Assembly (NCBI GenBank): GCA_965222225.1
Contig: CBDCTK010000002.1
Span: forward strand, 1,568,001 to 1,632,000
Length of the DNA: 64,000 nucleotides
Direction of reading: 5' to 3'
From: Candidatus Poribacteria bacterium
GTDB lineage: Bacteria > Poribacteria > WGA-4E > JAJDTR01
Made by a program: the position numbers and the translations under genes. Below, one piece after another: positions 39,940-50,800 of this stretch. How positions within the stretch are numbered: position 1 is the stretch's first letter; each line of letters begins with the position of its first letter. The notes below the pieces were generated by a model. The model was not told where the DNA came from, ran no database searches, and worked only from the letters and a program-made list of their open reading frames with translations.

Positions 39940-40458
39940 ATGCCACAACGGCTAAGTGTACCCGACATCGCTAGCATCATTGGTGTTGAGGAGGATATCA
40001 TAACGAACGCATTGGCCCGCGAAGATGACGATCTCAAACCTTACTTGTATATTGAACCGGTGATAGCATCCCAAGGTGACGAGTCGCTTGAAGCACTATT
40101 TGGCGGAGAGAAAAAGGAGGCAGAAGAACCCCATACTGCGTTCATGCTAAGTATCGATGGGTTATCCATTCTTATCACAAAACTTGCCTTCAATATTCCA
40201 ACGTCAGACCTAATTGAGAACTTAGCTTGCCAAGTGCTGCATCTCGCCGTTTTGCAGGAAGATATCGCCGAATTAAAACGCGAGAATCAGGAGCTTCAAT
40301 TTCAGAATGAAGAACTTCAACGGAGTATCAAAGAGGTCCAGACTGAAACTCTGAAACTAAAATCAGAAGTCGCAGAAGCGGCTAAAACTCAATCACGCGG
40401 ATGGTTTAGTGGTTTGTTCGGAGACGAGAAATCGCGATCGCAATCAAGCAAGGATTAG
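39940..40458 (+). CDS. Hypothetical protein: N-terminal HTH-like segment, coiled coil, amphipathic C-terminus
   Basis: RBS CAGGAG; LSVPDIASIIGV; heptads LKRENQELQFQNEELQ; RGWFSGLFG. Confidence 0.7.
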   Translation: MPQRLSVPDIASIIGVEEDIITNALAREDDDLKPYLYIEPVIASQGDESLEALFGGEKKEAEEPHTAFMLSIDGLSILITKLAFNIPTSDLIENLACQVLHLAVLQEDIAELKRENQELQFQNEELQRSIKEVQTETLKLKSEVAEAAKTQSRGWFSGLFGDEKSRSQSSKD

Positions 40459-40473
40459 AGGAGGTGCTGTTGC

Positions 40474-41244
40474 TTATGCGCTCTGCTCCGGATGAATCCT
40501 TTCCAATGCTTCGATAGTTTGAACGCCCTGACGTCCATCAGTTCTAGGCGTTTCTCGGTTGTTAACACAAGCGAGAAAATGCCTGCACTCAACCATCAAC
40601 ATATCTTCCTGATTTTCAGGGGCGAGAAAGTCCCATAGTAGGGAGTGAAGTTGACCGTCGGGTGTTCTTGTTTGGAGCTCGAAAGTCCTTTGATTGACCG
40701 TTGCTTCCGAGGAGGCGTCAAGTTTGAACTGAATCATGGGCACTTTCAGGGCAATTGCCAATGCAACGCAGTGCACCCCCATATCCCAGTAGGCGTTAAG
40801 ATACTTCTCAGGTGTCGTTGTTTTCAGGAATTTTCCGTGTGCGGAAACTGTTTCACCGGGCAACGCGCTAAGTTTGGTAAAACCGGTTGAGTAGCAAAGG
40901 ACATGACCAACCATCAAGACACAATCGGAATCTTCCGCCAACTGCGTGAGGTGGTGTGCTTCCTTTGACGAAAGCGCCATGGGTTTCTCAAGAAACAAAT
41001 CTTTCTTTGCCTGTAACACCCGTTCTCCGACTTCTGCGTGTGTCTCCGAAGGGGTGGCGACGACGACAGCATCACTCTCCTCTATTAACTGATCGATGTC
41101 CTCAGCAAAACGCAAATTAAGCTGTTGAAGTACATCGCGATTCTGATGTCCATAGACGAGGTGGAGTCCACCAAGATGATGGAATTTGTGCAGTAGGGTT
41201 TTACCCCACCGTCCGGTGCCAATCATTGAGATTCTTGGCTTCAT
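40474..41244 (-). CDS. Gfo/Idh/MocA family oxidoreductase
   Basis: IGTGRWG, ATP..H, EKPMA, MVGH. Confidence 0.9.
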   Translation of the reverse strand: MKPRISMIGTGRWGKTLLHKFHHLGGLHLVYGHQNRDVLQQLNLRFAEDIDQLIEESDAVVVATPSETHAEVGERVLQAKKDLFLEKPMALSSKEAHHLTQLAEDSDCVLMVGHVLCYSTGFTKLSALPGETVSAHGKFLKTTTPEKYLNAYWDMGVHCVALAIALKVPMIQFKLDASSEATVNQRTFELQTRTPDGQLHSLLWDFLAPENQEDMLMVECRHFLACVNNRETPRTDGRQGVQTIEALERIHPEQSA

Positions 41245-41458
41245 CAGTCTCCTCCCACGTTCTCTTCAAATCGAATTACTGTGCTGATTATAGCATAGCA
41301 AACAGTGCTTTATCCACTCTTTTGGTCGTTGGTACGACACATCCGCACGGGAGCAACGGCCAAAACTTTATTGAAATATACGCCTTGGCTGTGAACAAAC
41401 CATGCATGGCTGAGAAGCAATTCCATAACACCTAAACCTATACCTAACTTTCGTTGAT

Positions 41459-42043
41459 ATGCCAAAGCGTTCTCGCCACCAGATTATCGCCATTATAACG
41501 TTCGTTTTTGGGCTTGGATTTCTGTATCAGCCCAATTCTGTATTACTCAAGGGTATTGCCTTACCGCTTTTGACCATTACATCGATTTTATCAGCAAGTT
41601 GTTTTTCTGCCAAGTGGGTCGTGGAGATTATTGCAGGTCTTGGGCTAATTACTGGAATGGGGTTCCTGTTTGTGAATGTTCCAGGTGCTCTTCGCGGTTC
41701 CGCTTTCCACCTAATCTATGCTAGCGCAATCGCTTTTAGCATGACAACACGCTGGCGAAAGCAGATGGCAATTCTCGGCGGAACTATCCTAGTCATCGGC
41801 TTTGTTTTCCTCTATCAGCCTCTTAGTTTTCTGCGGAGCACAGCTCTCTATCTTATCCTATTAGGTATGACTTTGTTTGCAATTCTTGCGAGGCGAAAAT
41901 GGTGGGTGGAACGGATTTCCATCAGTACGATTGCATGCGGTCTTATCTTTCTCTGTCAACCGTTTCAGGAGATACTTTACCAGACAGGTTTTCAAATCCT
42001 ACTCGGCGGTTTAACTGGATTTGTTATTGTTGCCCATCGATAG
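41459..42043 (+). CDS. Integral membrane protein (about 8 TM, internally repetitive)
   Basis: Hydrophobic 194-aa ORF with a recurring GxxFLxQP motif. Confidence 0.75.
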   Translation: MPKRSRHQIIAIITFVFGLGFLYQPNSVLLKGIALPLLTITSILSASCFSAKWVVEIIAGLGLITGMGFLFVNVPGALRGSAFHLIYASAIAFSMTTRWRKQMAILGGTILVIGFVFLYQPLSFLRSTALYLILLGMTLFAILARRKWWVERISISTIACGLIFLCQPFQEILYQTGFQILLGGLTGFVIVAHR

Positions 42044-42059
42044 AGAAAGTCTCTATGTT

Positions 42060-43223
42060 CTAAATTTCCTCAATTTGCTTTTGCCTTAACCAGATACTCG
42101 TTTCCACTACGCTACAAACGCCAATCACCACGGCACAAAGAATGTACGGACTGTTAACTCCTAGTCCTGAATCCGCCAATACCCCACCGAAAAATGGTCC
42201 AAGCAATAAGCCACTTCCCAGAACAGCTTCGTGGCCACCACTCTTGTTGCCCTTATCCGGCTGTGCATGCAAACTATAATACATGCTGCTGAAGTAAGTA
42301 ACAGCTCCAGATAGACCAATTACCGCGAAGGCACACGTCCAATAAAATCCATGTGGCATAAGTCCGATTGCCAAGAAGGCGATTATTGCGAGTAACTGGG
42401 CGCCAATCAACGGGGACAATCGATAATGCCACCGTGCGGCTTGATTTGTGCCTAACCATAGGAAGCCAATCAGTTGTGTTGCTCCCAACACCAGTATTAA
42501 ATTTCCATAAGCTATTGCGGGAATGCCGGCCTCGACTGTCAGTTTCGGCGCGATATGTCGAACGATTCCGAGCGAAAACCATGAAGCAAAGTTAGCAATC
42601 CGCGCTATTTTTAGATGGATGTGGTGTGCAGTATGAGGAGGCGCTTCAATTAAAACAGGGTGTTCCGGCGAACGTAGGTCTTTACGATTTGCGATTATTT
42701 GAGATTCAAGAGTAATCCAATTGATTAGACTAAATCCGCCCGCGAAATAGAAAGCAAGGACTGGGCTGGTTCCTTGATAAAGATAACTGGAAATCATCGG
42801 ACCAATTGTAATCCCAACGGTCCAGAACAGATTAAAGGTCGTAATGCGTCCAATCAAATCTCCTGCACCTTCTCGTTCAGCTAGCCACGCTTCATAGGTG
42901 GGCCAAAAAAGTGCCATACCGATACCACTGCACGGAAAAACTATCATGAGATATAGCTTGCGCGTACAGAATGGGAGCAGAATACTTACGGCGGCGAGTG
43001 TAAGGCAGGCAATGGTGAGGACGCGAAGTCGTCCAACCCTATCTGAAAGACGGCCAAACGGAATTGCTAGTAGCACGAAGACGCCCGTGCTGATTGCGGT
43101 CAGAATGCCTAGAAACGTAGAAGAAAAGTGGAGGTAGTTTATGAAAAAAGCGGCGTTCGTAAGGATACTACTGATGCTAGCATCCATTAGAAGCGCAGGG
43201 AGATATGCACCGTACTTGCGCAT
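42060..43223 (-). CDS. MFS transporter
   Basis: GRLSDRVGR motif A; about 12 TM. Confidence 0.92.
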   Translation of the reverse strand: MRKYGAYLPALLMDASISSILTNAAFFINYLHFSSTFLGILTAISTGVFVLLAIPFGRLSDRVGRLRVLTIACLTLAAVSILLPFCTRKLYLMIVFPCSGIGMALFWPTYEAWLAEREGAGDLIGRITTFNLFWTVGITIGPMISSYLYQGTSPVLAFYFAGGFSLINWITLESQIIANRKDLRSPEHPVLIEAPPHTAHHIHLKIARIANFASWFSLGIVRHIAPKLTVEAGIPAIAYGNLILVLGATQLIGFLWLGTNQAARWHYRLSPLIGAQLLAIIAFLAIGLMPHGFYWTCAFAVIGLSGAVTYFSSMYYSLHAQPDKGNKSGGHEAVLGSGLLLGPFFGGVLADSGLGVNSPYILCAVVIGVCSVVETSIWLRQKQIEEI

Positions 43224-43526
43224 GAATGTTTGTTATCTTCGCATGAGATAGGTCCGGCCGCCAATCACACCCCATCTGGGGATTCCCATTAGCTCGATTC
43301 TGTGCTTTTAAGACGAATAACAGGCGGTGAAAATCGAACGTTAAAGATTAGCAGGTGAGATTTTGATTATCCAGTTTTCTTGATTGACCATTGAAGAAGT
43401 TGCCGAACGTTTATGACCGGTTGGAGAGAGTTGGAATAGGCTTTGCAATATGTCAAGAAATCGCTAGTCATTAAGCGGGTATGCTTCCCTATAGGCCAGT
43501 AATGTACAAAGTCAAGCCTAGTCACT

Positions 43527-44198
43527 CTAATCTTCCACATGGCGAAGCGCCAGCGTAATGATTTTAACGGCCCGATCTATCGGTATTAAGCTAGTATTAA
43601 TGACGAGGTGATATAGTGTCGCATCCGTCCAGGCAGCGTCGTGGTGATGCTTTAGATAATGTGCACGTCCTTTGTCGATGGATAGAATCTTCTTCGCGGC
43701 TTCAACATGGGTTAGAGAATCTGCTGCCATTACCTGTTTGCAACGATCTTGAATTGTCCCAACGAAGCGAACGTGAAGCGTTTGCTCTTTTGAAGCAAGG
43801 ATCCTTTGACTACCTCGACCAACAATCACAACATCGTCCCGCCTCCAGAGTTCTTCGACAACTTGATGAAAAAACGCCGTCACACTTTCAGGATCTAATC
43901 TTGGTTCGTTTTCAATAGGTCCGATTGACCAATCAAGTGGCATAGTCGGCGGATAATAGTACGGAAACTCGGCAACGACCAAAGGTTGTGCGACAAACAG
44001 CTTTTTCAAGAAGGTGTGCAGTCCGTGTTCATCCTTTTCATCGTATTGACGGATTTCGTCTTCAGTCGTATTGGCAATACGCGCGACATCGGCGAGGATG
44101 TCTTTATCAAAATAACTATAACCGAGTTCTTTCGCTACTTCTTGAGTAATCTCTTCACCACGACTTCCGTATTCTCGCGAAACGGTGATTACCGCCAT
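43527..44198 (-). CDS. Cytidylate kinase-like family protein
   Basis: VITVSREYGSRG, VIVGRG, YHLVINTS. Confidence 0.9.
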   Translation of the reverse strand: MAVITVSREYGSRGEEITQEVAKELGYSYFDKDILADVARIANTTEDEIRQYDEKDEHGLHTFLKKLFVAQPLVVAEFPYYYPPTMPLDWSIGPIENEPRLDPESVTAFFHQVVEELWRRDDVVIVGRGSQRILASKEQTLHVRFVGTIQDRCKQVMAADSLTHVEAAKKILSIDKGRAHYLKHHHDAAWTDATLYHLVINTSLIPIDRAVKIITLALRHVED

Positions 44199-44342
44199 GG
44201 GAGTTTTCTCCTTCGCAATATCGGTTAATAGGTTCTTGAGTTATGCACCTCATTTGTTAATAACGACATCGAATGTATTACGTATTATGCGGTTGACTTA
44301 TTCTTTATGGCGTGGCAATTCTAATCCTGGTCGAATTAGGAC

Positions 44343-45356
44343 CTACTTGGAAGTCCAAAGTTCCACAATTTCGTTGCGTCTCGCAGATTCGGAAAGAACG
44401 TCACAGACGTGCATCGTGTCGGTTGCATCCTTGATGAATTTAGGTTCAAGCTTCCCGGACTGCACGATTCTCGAGAACCGTTCAATCATGTTTACCTCTT
44501 GGATTGTGCTTTCGACTTTGTGTTCGGCAACTTTTCCTGTCGCATTGTGTATCCAGAATCTTGCAGATTCTGCTTTCCAAGGAATGACAAAATCGTCGCA
44601 TATCAGCGAGGCATTGGTCCCTGCTATTTCGAACCATTTTCTGCTACCGGTGTCAAACGCGCAATCAAATGATGCCATCCGTTCGCCTTCAAACCAAAGT
44701 AGCCCCGAAAAATTCAAGTCGACGCCAACTTCGTAACGTGCGGTTGCGAAAACTTGGGCCGGGAGATCGCCGAATGCCCAAAGAATAGCGCGAACACAAT
44801 AATATCCTAAATCGCTGAGACTACCACCCGCAAGTTCTTTCTTAGCGCGAATGTTGTCATAAGGAATTGTGTCCCAGTTAAATGAAAACCCCGAGGTCAC
44901 TCGACGTAACTTTCCTAATGTCCCATCCTCTATGATTCGCCTCATTTGAGGTGTACGATCATGATGTACCCACATGACGCCATCCATCAATTGTACGCTA
45001 TTCTCTTGACATGCCTTCGCCATCGCCATGCATTCTTCCACGTTTGCCGCCAACGGCTTCTCACACAACACATGTTTGCCACATTCAGCGGCTTTGATTG
45101 TCCATTCGGCATGAAGTGTTGGTGGGGTGGGGAGATAGATTGCATCAATTGACTCATCTTCCAAAAGCTGTTCATAGCTGCCGTATGCCCGCTCAACATC
45201 ATGCGCAGATGCCCAATTCTCTGCTCGCTCTTTTGTTCGACTAGCGATTGCCACAAGTTCGGCGTTACTAGCAAGTTTTATAGCGCGGCATACTTTGGTG
45301 GCGATTTTTGCAGTGCCCAGAATTCCCCAACGTACATTTTTTTTCGGTTCTGTCAT
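44343..45356 (-). CDS. Gfo/Idh/MocA family oxidoreductase
   Basis: RWGILGTAKIA, KHVLCEKP, GGSLSDLGYY. Confidence 0.92.
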   Translation of the reverse strand: MTEPKKNVRWGILGTAKIATKVCRAIKLASNAELVAIASRTKERAENWASAHDVERAYGSYEQLLEDESIDAIYLPTPPTLHAEWTIKAAECGKHVLCEKPLAANVEECMAMAKACQENSVQLMDGVMWVHHDRTPQMRRIIEDGTLGKLRRVTSGFSFNWDTIPYDNIRAKKELAGGSLSDLGYYCVRAILWAFGDLPAQVFATARYEVGVDLNFSGLLWFEGERMASFDCAFDTGSRKWFEIAGTNASLICDDFVIPWKAESARFWIHNATGKVAEHKVESTIQEVNMIERFSRIVQSGKLEPKFIKDATDTMHVCDVLSESARRNEIVELWTSK

Positions 45357-46114
45357 TTTATTAAGCTTTTTCCGCAATCGACATCCGAAGATCCAAGCTA
45401 TGGGTTTGATTACCATGATATTTCATTGTACTGGCACTAGCGCGCGCCGATGTTACACCAAACTGTGCAATTAGTCAAGCAAATTACCGTCCAAATTTCC
45501 AACTTGATTCGTCGTGAAGTATCAACAGAAATGCCGGCAACCCAATCTGTCTCTTGCATAACCTGCTTAGAAATAGCACAACGTCCGATGTCCATCTATC
45601 TTGTCCCCACTTGTCTGCGGATTGTGTACTATCAAAAAAGTCTGTACTGAAGTTTAGGTACTTTGTTTGTGCCTGGACGTATCTCTGCTATAAAGAGATA
45701 ACAATGGAGGTTTCCACTCTTCATCGCAATCCAGACCCATCAGGCACCGAGAAATTCCGCTCTCTGACATTCCCACTGAACTAAAACTGAACTAATCAAG
45801 AAGAAGCGTTCGACTGCGAATTCCTAATCCTAGGATTCCAGCATTAGCCTCAATGGGTTCCCATCAATGGTACAATGGAAATTTCAAACAGATGACTTGT
45901 CGAATTTAAACGGTTGCTGTCCACGTAATAGTTGGCAACCTATGCAAAATCTGCACCCTCCACCTAGGATTTGCACCTTTAATTTTCGCAATTATGACAA
46001 TGTTTGCCCTTGACTGCTCGTCCACTAGCGGCTTCACGAATCCAATTCTCACTGGTATGTTTCTTGCTCGTCTTGCTAGTAGAGACGCATTTTACCAGAG
46101 AAAGGAAGAAAGGT

Positions 46115-46681
46115 ATGCCACTAGAATTGCGGCGGAAAAGCGTTCATCTGATTGGCCTCATCGTGCCGATTTTCTACATATTCATTGAAAGATATCAAGC
46201 TGTAATTGCTGTCGGCATCCTTGTGTTCATTGCGCTTCTGATTGAGTTGTTTAAAACTCTATGGCCCTCGTTCAGGGTTGTGTTCTACCAAGTCTTCACA
46301 CCGCTGCTCCGTTCACACGAACGAAGTGGCGACATTACAGGTGCGACGTATTTTCTTATCGGTGTTTTCCTACCCATTCTTCTCTTCCCTAAAAACCTCG
46401 CTATTGTCTGTATTTTCTTCATGATCTTTGGCGACATGGCTGCCGCGCTAATCGGAAAGAAATGGGGGCGGACAACGTTATTTTCTCGAAAGAGTCTAGA
46501 AGGTAGCCTCGCCTGTTTTCTTGTATGTATTCTGATTGCGCTTGTCAAGTTCAATCCAGCGGTGGCAATCATCGGGGCCTTAGTAGCAACGGTGGTTGAG
46601 GTTATCCCAACTAAGCTTGATGACAATTTGACAATGCCATTGCTCTCTGGCTTGGCGATGTATCTTGTTCTCAGCAGTTGA
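46115..46681 (+). CDS. Phytol/dolichol kinase-like (CTP-dependent lipid kinase / cytidylyltransferase family)
   Basis: ELRRKSVH, GDMAAALIG, KSLEGS, DDNL. Confidence 0.88.
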   Translation: MPLELRRKSVHLIGLIVPIFYIFIERYQAVIAVGILVFIALLIELFKTLWPSFRVVFYQVFTPLLRSHERSGDITGATYFLIGVFLPILLFPKNLAIVCIFFMIFGDMAAALIGKKWGRTTLFSRKSLEGSLACFLVCILIALVKFNPAVAIIGALVATVVEVIPTKLDDNLTMPLLSGLAMYLVLSS

Positions 46682-46923
46682 GGCGGATATCCACATTTTT
46701 GCTAATCTGTTCTAATAACCCACCTCGGTTCTTCGTTTTCCTATTTGTCCAGCCTTCAGCTACACACGGGACGTAATACCCCCTTAATAATTCCTTCCTT
46801 TTCCATTATCATTTTTCGAAATCGTGTGCTAGAATATGCATTTATCGTTGAAGGATATCTTACATCAACGCTGATGATACCTATATTTTGTTGATGGTAC
46901 AGTCCGTAGTTTCTTAAAATTCT

Positions 46924-48042
46924 ATGGCAGCAATTGAACTAAGAAATATCACCAAACGCTTCGGAGATGTTATAGCCGTTGATGACCTAAGCCTAGAAAT
47001 TCAAGATCGAGAGTTCTTAGTTTTCTTGGGCCCCTCCGGCTGTGGAAAGACAACAACACTGCGATCAATTGCTGGCCTTGAACAGCCCGAAACAGGGGAC
47101 ATCCTAATTGATGGAATACGGACAAATCACTTACGCCCGGCAGACCGAGATGTCGCCTTTGTGTTTCAGTTTTATGCACTCTATCCGCATCTGACAGTTT
47201 TGGATAATATTGCATTTCCACTCAAGGCAGTGAAGTTAGGCCAATCTGAAGTTCGCAGACGGGTACGGGAAGTTGCCCATCTCTTACAAATTGATACGTT
47301 GTTGGACCGAAAACCCACGCACCTGAGCGGCGGAGAGATGCAACGGGTGGCGCTTGGAAGGGCGATGGTGCGCCGTCCGAAAGCGTTTTTGATGGATGAG
47401 CCGATGGCGAACCTTGATGCCAAACTCCGCGTCGACATGAGATCTGAACTTAAACGTTTACAATACGAACTTGGCACAACGACAATTTTTGTCACGCACG
47501 ATCAGGTTGAAGCAATGTCAATGGCGGATCGGATTGCGATAATGCACATAGGGATACTCCAACAAATTGGCTCCCCTCAAGAGGTCTACAACAAACCACA
47601 GAGCTTATTCGTTGCCGGGTTCATGGGTAGCCCATCAATGAATTTAATCCGTGGTACTATTCAGTCGGCTGGTAGTAGAACCTTGATGCGACTAAATCAT
47701 ACAGATTTCTCGTGGGAACTTTCCGACGAGCAGGTTGCGAACCTCGGCAGCGAACTTCCAGACAACGAACTGGTTTTTGGAATTCGACCAGAGCATATCG
47801 TGGTTTCCAAAGAATCTGTCGAAGGAAGAATCAAGGCAGTCGTACATTTGGTGGAGTTGCTTGGCTCCGTGAATATCATTGATATTTTCCTTGGCGAAGA
47901 TTCGGAGACAACAAATCTCATTACGCTCAGAGTCCGAACACACCCAGCATTCCATGTTGAGGCAGGACAACCCGTTTGGATGGATTTCGACGAGGAACAT
48001 GTTCATTTCTTTAATCCCAAAACGGGACGAGCTATTTGTTGA
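46924..48042 (+). CDS. Sugar ABC transporter ATP-binding protein (MalK/UgpC-like)
   Basis: GPSGCGKTT, LSGGE, MDEP..NLD, VTHDQ, TOBE-like C-terminus. Confidence 0.95.
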   Translation: MAAIELRNITKRFGDVIAVDDLSLEIQDREFLVFLGPSGCGKTTTLRSIAGLEQPETGDILIDGIRTNHLRPADRDVAFVFQFYALYPHLTVLDNIAFPLKAVKLGQSEVRRRVREVAHLLQIDTLLDRKPTHLSGGEMQRVALGRAMVRRPKAFLMDEPMANLDAKLRVDMRSELKRLQYELGTTTIFVTHDQVEAMSMADRIAIMHIGILQQIGSPQEVYNKPQSLFVAGFMGSPSMNLIRGTIQSAGSRTLMRLNHTDFSWELSDEQVANLGSELPDNELVFGIRPEHIVVSKESVEGRIKAVVHLVELLGSVNIIDIFLGEDSETTNLITLRVRTHPAFHVEAGQPVWMDFDEEHVHFFNPKTGRAIC

Positions 48043-48093
48043 TTTATGGGTGGAGATTGGAGGAACTCTTCTAGAGGTGAAAGGAAACAGGGA

Positions 48094-48942
48094 ATGACCA
48101 AGATTCCATGCCGAATGGCAGCACTAGACCTAGATGGAACACTTCTCAATAGTAACCACGTCGTTACTAACCGAAACTGCTCAGCGTTGCGAGAACTGTC
48201 GAAGGAAGGGGTTGTCGTCGTGTTAGTTTCCGGAAGGATGCATCAATCGATTCTACCAATTAGTAATCAGATTGGATTGGAAAACCCGATTATTTCATAC
48301 AATGGAGGGATGGTAAAACACGCGAAAACCGGGGAAGTATTTCATCACACACCCATTGCGAGTGCGACGGCAATGGATTTGGTTGACTACTGCGATGAAA
48401 GAGACCTACATCTCAATTTTTGTCTGGAAGATCAACTCTATATTAAGATGGAAAATCCTTGGAGCGAACTTTATGAGAATCGGACAGGGGTGCGTGCTAC
48501 CGCGGTTGGAGACCTTCGAAAATTAACGGGCGGGGAACCAACAAAGATGCAAATACTCGACACACCTGAAAACGTTGAGCACTTACTCATTGACTTTCAA
48601 AGAGATTTTGGAGATCGGTTTTACATTACCCGCACGCAAATCGAATACATTGAATTCATGAATCCGCAGGTTTCCAAGGGGCCGGCGTTGAAGGCCTTAG
48701 CGACTCAGGCAGGTATTTCTATGGACGTCGTTGTCGCTTTTGGCGATGGATATAATGACGAGAGTATGATGGCTGCCGCAGGTTTCAGTATTGCTATGGG
48801 AAATTCTGTTGATGAATTGAAAGAATGTGCGGATTATATTGCCGAGTCAAACGACAATGACGGCGTCGCTCAAGCAGTTGAGCGTCTACTGATCGGCGGG
48901 AGCACGGCGTTTCATGGCTTTGATGGGGATACTCGCGGTTAG
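48094..48942 (+). CDS. Cof-type HAD-IIB hydrolase
   Basis: DLDGTLL, SGR, SKG, FGDGYND..M. Confidence 0.93.
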   Translation: MTKIPCRMAALDLDGTLLNSNHVVTNRNCSALRELSKEGVVVVLVSGRMHQSILPISNQIGLENPIISYNGGMVKHAKTGEVFHHTPIASATAMDLVDYCDERDLHLNFCLEDQLYIKMENPWSELYENRTGVRATAVGDLRKLTGGEPTKMQILDTPENVEHLLIDFQRDFGDRFYITRTQIEYIEFMNPQVSKGPALKALATQAGISMDVVVAFGDGYNDESMMAAAGFSIAMGNSVDELKECADYIAESNDNDGVAQAVERLLIGGSTAFHGFDGDTRG

Positions 48943-49161
48943 CGCCATTGATGTTCCGTCACGTTGAAGTTCAATATCAATGTCTTCCGAGGGGAATTCA
49001 AAATACTCCGCAAGGAGTTGTGTGAGTTTCGCCTGCAAATCACTCATAATAGCCTCGTCTGCACCGACCCTATCTTGAATTAAGATCAACTGCAAGCGAT
49101 TCTTGGCGACCTCCTTACTCCCACGCTCCTGATGTAATAGTCGCATCAGTTTTCGAAACAT
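48886..49161 (-). CDS. minE: Cell division topological specificity factor
   Basis: SKEVAKNRLQLILIQDR; follows minD. Confidence 0.92.
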   Translation of the reverse strand: MFRKLMRLLHQERGSKEVAKNRLQLILIQDRVGADEAIMSDLQAKLTQLLAEYFEFPSEDIDIELQRDGTSMALTASIPIKAMKRRAPADQ

Positions 49162-49175
49162 GTCGGATTCTCCTG

Positions 49176-49970
49176 CTAGCTGCGGCCGATAAGCTTGTTC
49201 ATTAGTTGACCAAACCAGTTTTCCGACTTGAATTCTGGTATCGGTATATCCTCACCTTCGAGCCGCTTTGCAATACGATTGTAGGCTTCACCTGCGTATG
49301 AGGCATGACTATATGCCAAAGGCAATCCGTGGTTAGTTGAAACGATTACCTCCGGATCCTCCGGGATGACGCCGATCAAGTCTATTGACAGGATGTCAAT
49401 GATATCCTGTGGATCCATCATGTTTCCTGCTTTCACCATCTGTGGAGAGAGCCGGTTGATGACCAAATTCATTTCTTCAATGTGCATGTTCTGCAGCAGG
49501 CCGATTATTCGATCTGCATCTCGAACTGCCGAGATCTCGGGAGTGGTGATAATCAACGCCTCGTCTGCACCGACCGCGGCATTTTGGAAGCCCTGCTCAA
49601 TTCCTGCCGGGGAATCGATGAGAACATAATCAAAATCCTCTTTTAGCTCCTTACCGATTTTTATCATCTGCTCGGGCAAGATGTCCATTTTGTTATTCTT
49701 TTGGGATGCCGGCAAGAGATTTAATGCTTTAACGCGTCGGTCTTTGACTAATGCCTTTTCAATGCTGCATGTACCATCAATCACGTCCATTGACGTGTAA
49801 ACAACTCGGGCTTCCAAGCCCATAATTACATCAAGATTCCTAAGCCCCACATCACCGTCAACCAAAACGACCTTTTTGCCTAACATTGCGAGTGCTGTTC
49901 CCAGATTAGCTGTGGAAGTGCTTTTGCCCACTCCTCCTTTCCCGGAGGTTAATACAATCACTCTTCCCAT
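49176..49970 (-). CDS. minD: Septum site-determining protein MinD
   Basis: TSGKGGVGKST, GLRNLD, DSPAGIEQGF, VRDADR; C-terminal amphipathic helix. Confidence 0.97.
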   Translation of the reverse strand: MGRVIVLTSGKGGVGKSTSTANLGTALAMLGKKVVLVDGDVGLRNLDVIMGLEARVVYTSMDVIDGTCSIEKALVKDRRVKALNLLPASQKNNKMDILPEQMIKIGKELKEDFDYVLIDSPAGIEQGFQNAAVGADEALIITTPEISAVRDADRIIGLLQNMHIEEMNLVINRLSPQMVKAGNMMDPQDIIDILSIDLIGVIPEDPEVIVSTNHGLPLAYSHASYAGEAYNRIAKRLEGEDIPIPEFKSENWFGQLMNKLIGRS

Positions 49971-50021
49971 GCTTTCACAGCCCTCCTTCTCTGCTTGCCG
50001 GATGTATTCTAGATACCATGT

Positions 50022-50783
50022 TCATTCTAAATGCGATTGTGAAAAAGCGACAGAACTTCGCTGCCCCACTTGGGCTAGATGATTAAAATCGGTGAATTCT
50101 TCAACAACCACAGCGACATTATCCCGTATCCGTGCGAACTCAACTTTATTTCCTTGTGTTCGCTGATTTGAAGGTGGACGGGAAATGAAGCGTGCGATTC
50201 TCAACTGCGTGGGTACGAGACTTAGAGCAATAATCACAGATGAAATGTCGCCCAAAGCGCCAGCATGTGCAATGCCGCGCAGGGTTCCGAGGACAATAAT
50301 ATCCCTAGCTGCAATAATCTCCGCTCCTGGATTTACGTCTCCAAGAATGACGACATTGCCCTCAAGGAAGCGTTCGACCTGTCCTGAGCGCAATGTTTGT
50401 CGGATGAATAGTGTTTTCTCCTCTTCCGCTGGCAAAAAATATCCACCGCTCTGAGGGGTTGCCTTGTGCAGAGCCGGGGTGCCCACAATCGGTGAGTCTT
50501 CCTGCGTCCAAGGCATATCATTGGATTTACCTATTAGTTGTTTGATTTCAAGGCCGTAGGTATCCTGAAGCAATCGTTCCAATCGGCGTAACCCCTGAGT
50601 GTCCATCGATCCACCACCGAGATTGATAGTTACTCCTGTTCCGGCAAGCGAATCGCCCAATTTCTCCATCCGTTTTTCAATGCGTGGGATAATTTCCTCT
50701 ATATTAGCTTCCGGATCAACAAACAGGTGCAAGCCATCGCGAAAACCTTTGAGTTCGACAATCGGTCGTGGAATATCTTTCAT
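50022..50783 (-). CDS. minC: Septum site-determining protein MinC
   Basis: TLRSGQ, GDVNPGAEIIA, LRGIAHAG, PTQLRIA. Confidence 0.95.
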   Translation of the reverse strand: MKDIPRPIVELKGFRDGLHLFVDPEANIEEIIPRIEKRMEKLGDSLAGTGVTINLGGGSMDTQGLRRLERLLQDTYGLEIKQLIGKSNDMPWTQEDSPIVGTPALHKATPQSGGYFLPAEEEKTLFIRQTLRSGQVERFLEGNVVILGDVNPGAEIIAARDIIVLGTLRGIAHAGALGDISSVIIALSLVPTQLRIARFISRPPSNQRTQGNKVEFARIRDNVAVVVEEFTDFNHLAQVGQRSSVAFSQSHLE

Positions 50784-50800
50784 TTTCGCCTTATGTGAAA

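Noticed and set aside
45357-46114. Long intergenic region with short ORFs
   Set aside because: No recognisable motif, repeat or RNA structure; probably a divergent promoter region or decayed sequence.
48037-48096. Cys-UGA read-through fusing the ABC ATPase in frame to the Cof hydrolase (possible selenocysteine)
   Set aside because: In-frame adjacency over ~17 codons is plausible by chance; both proteins are complete alone, neither is a known selenoprotein family, and no convincing SECIS was seen.
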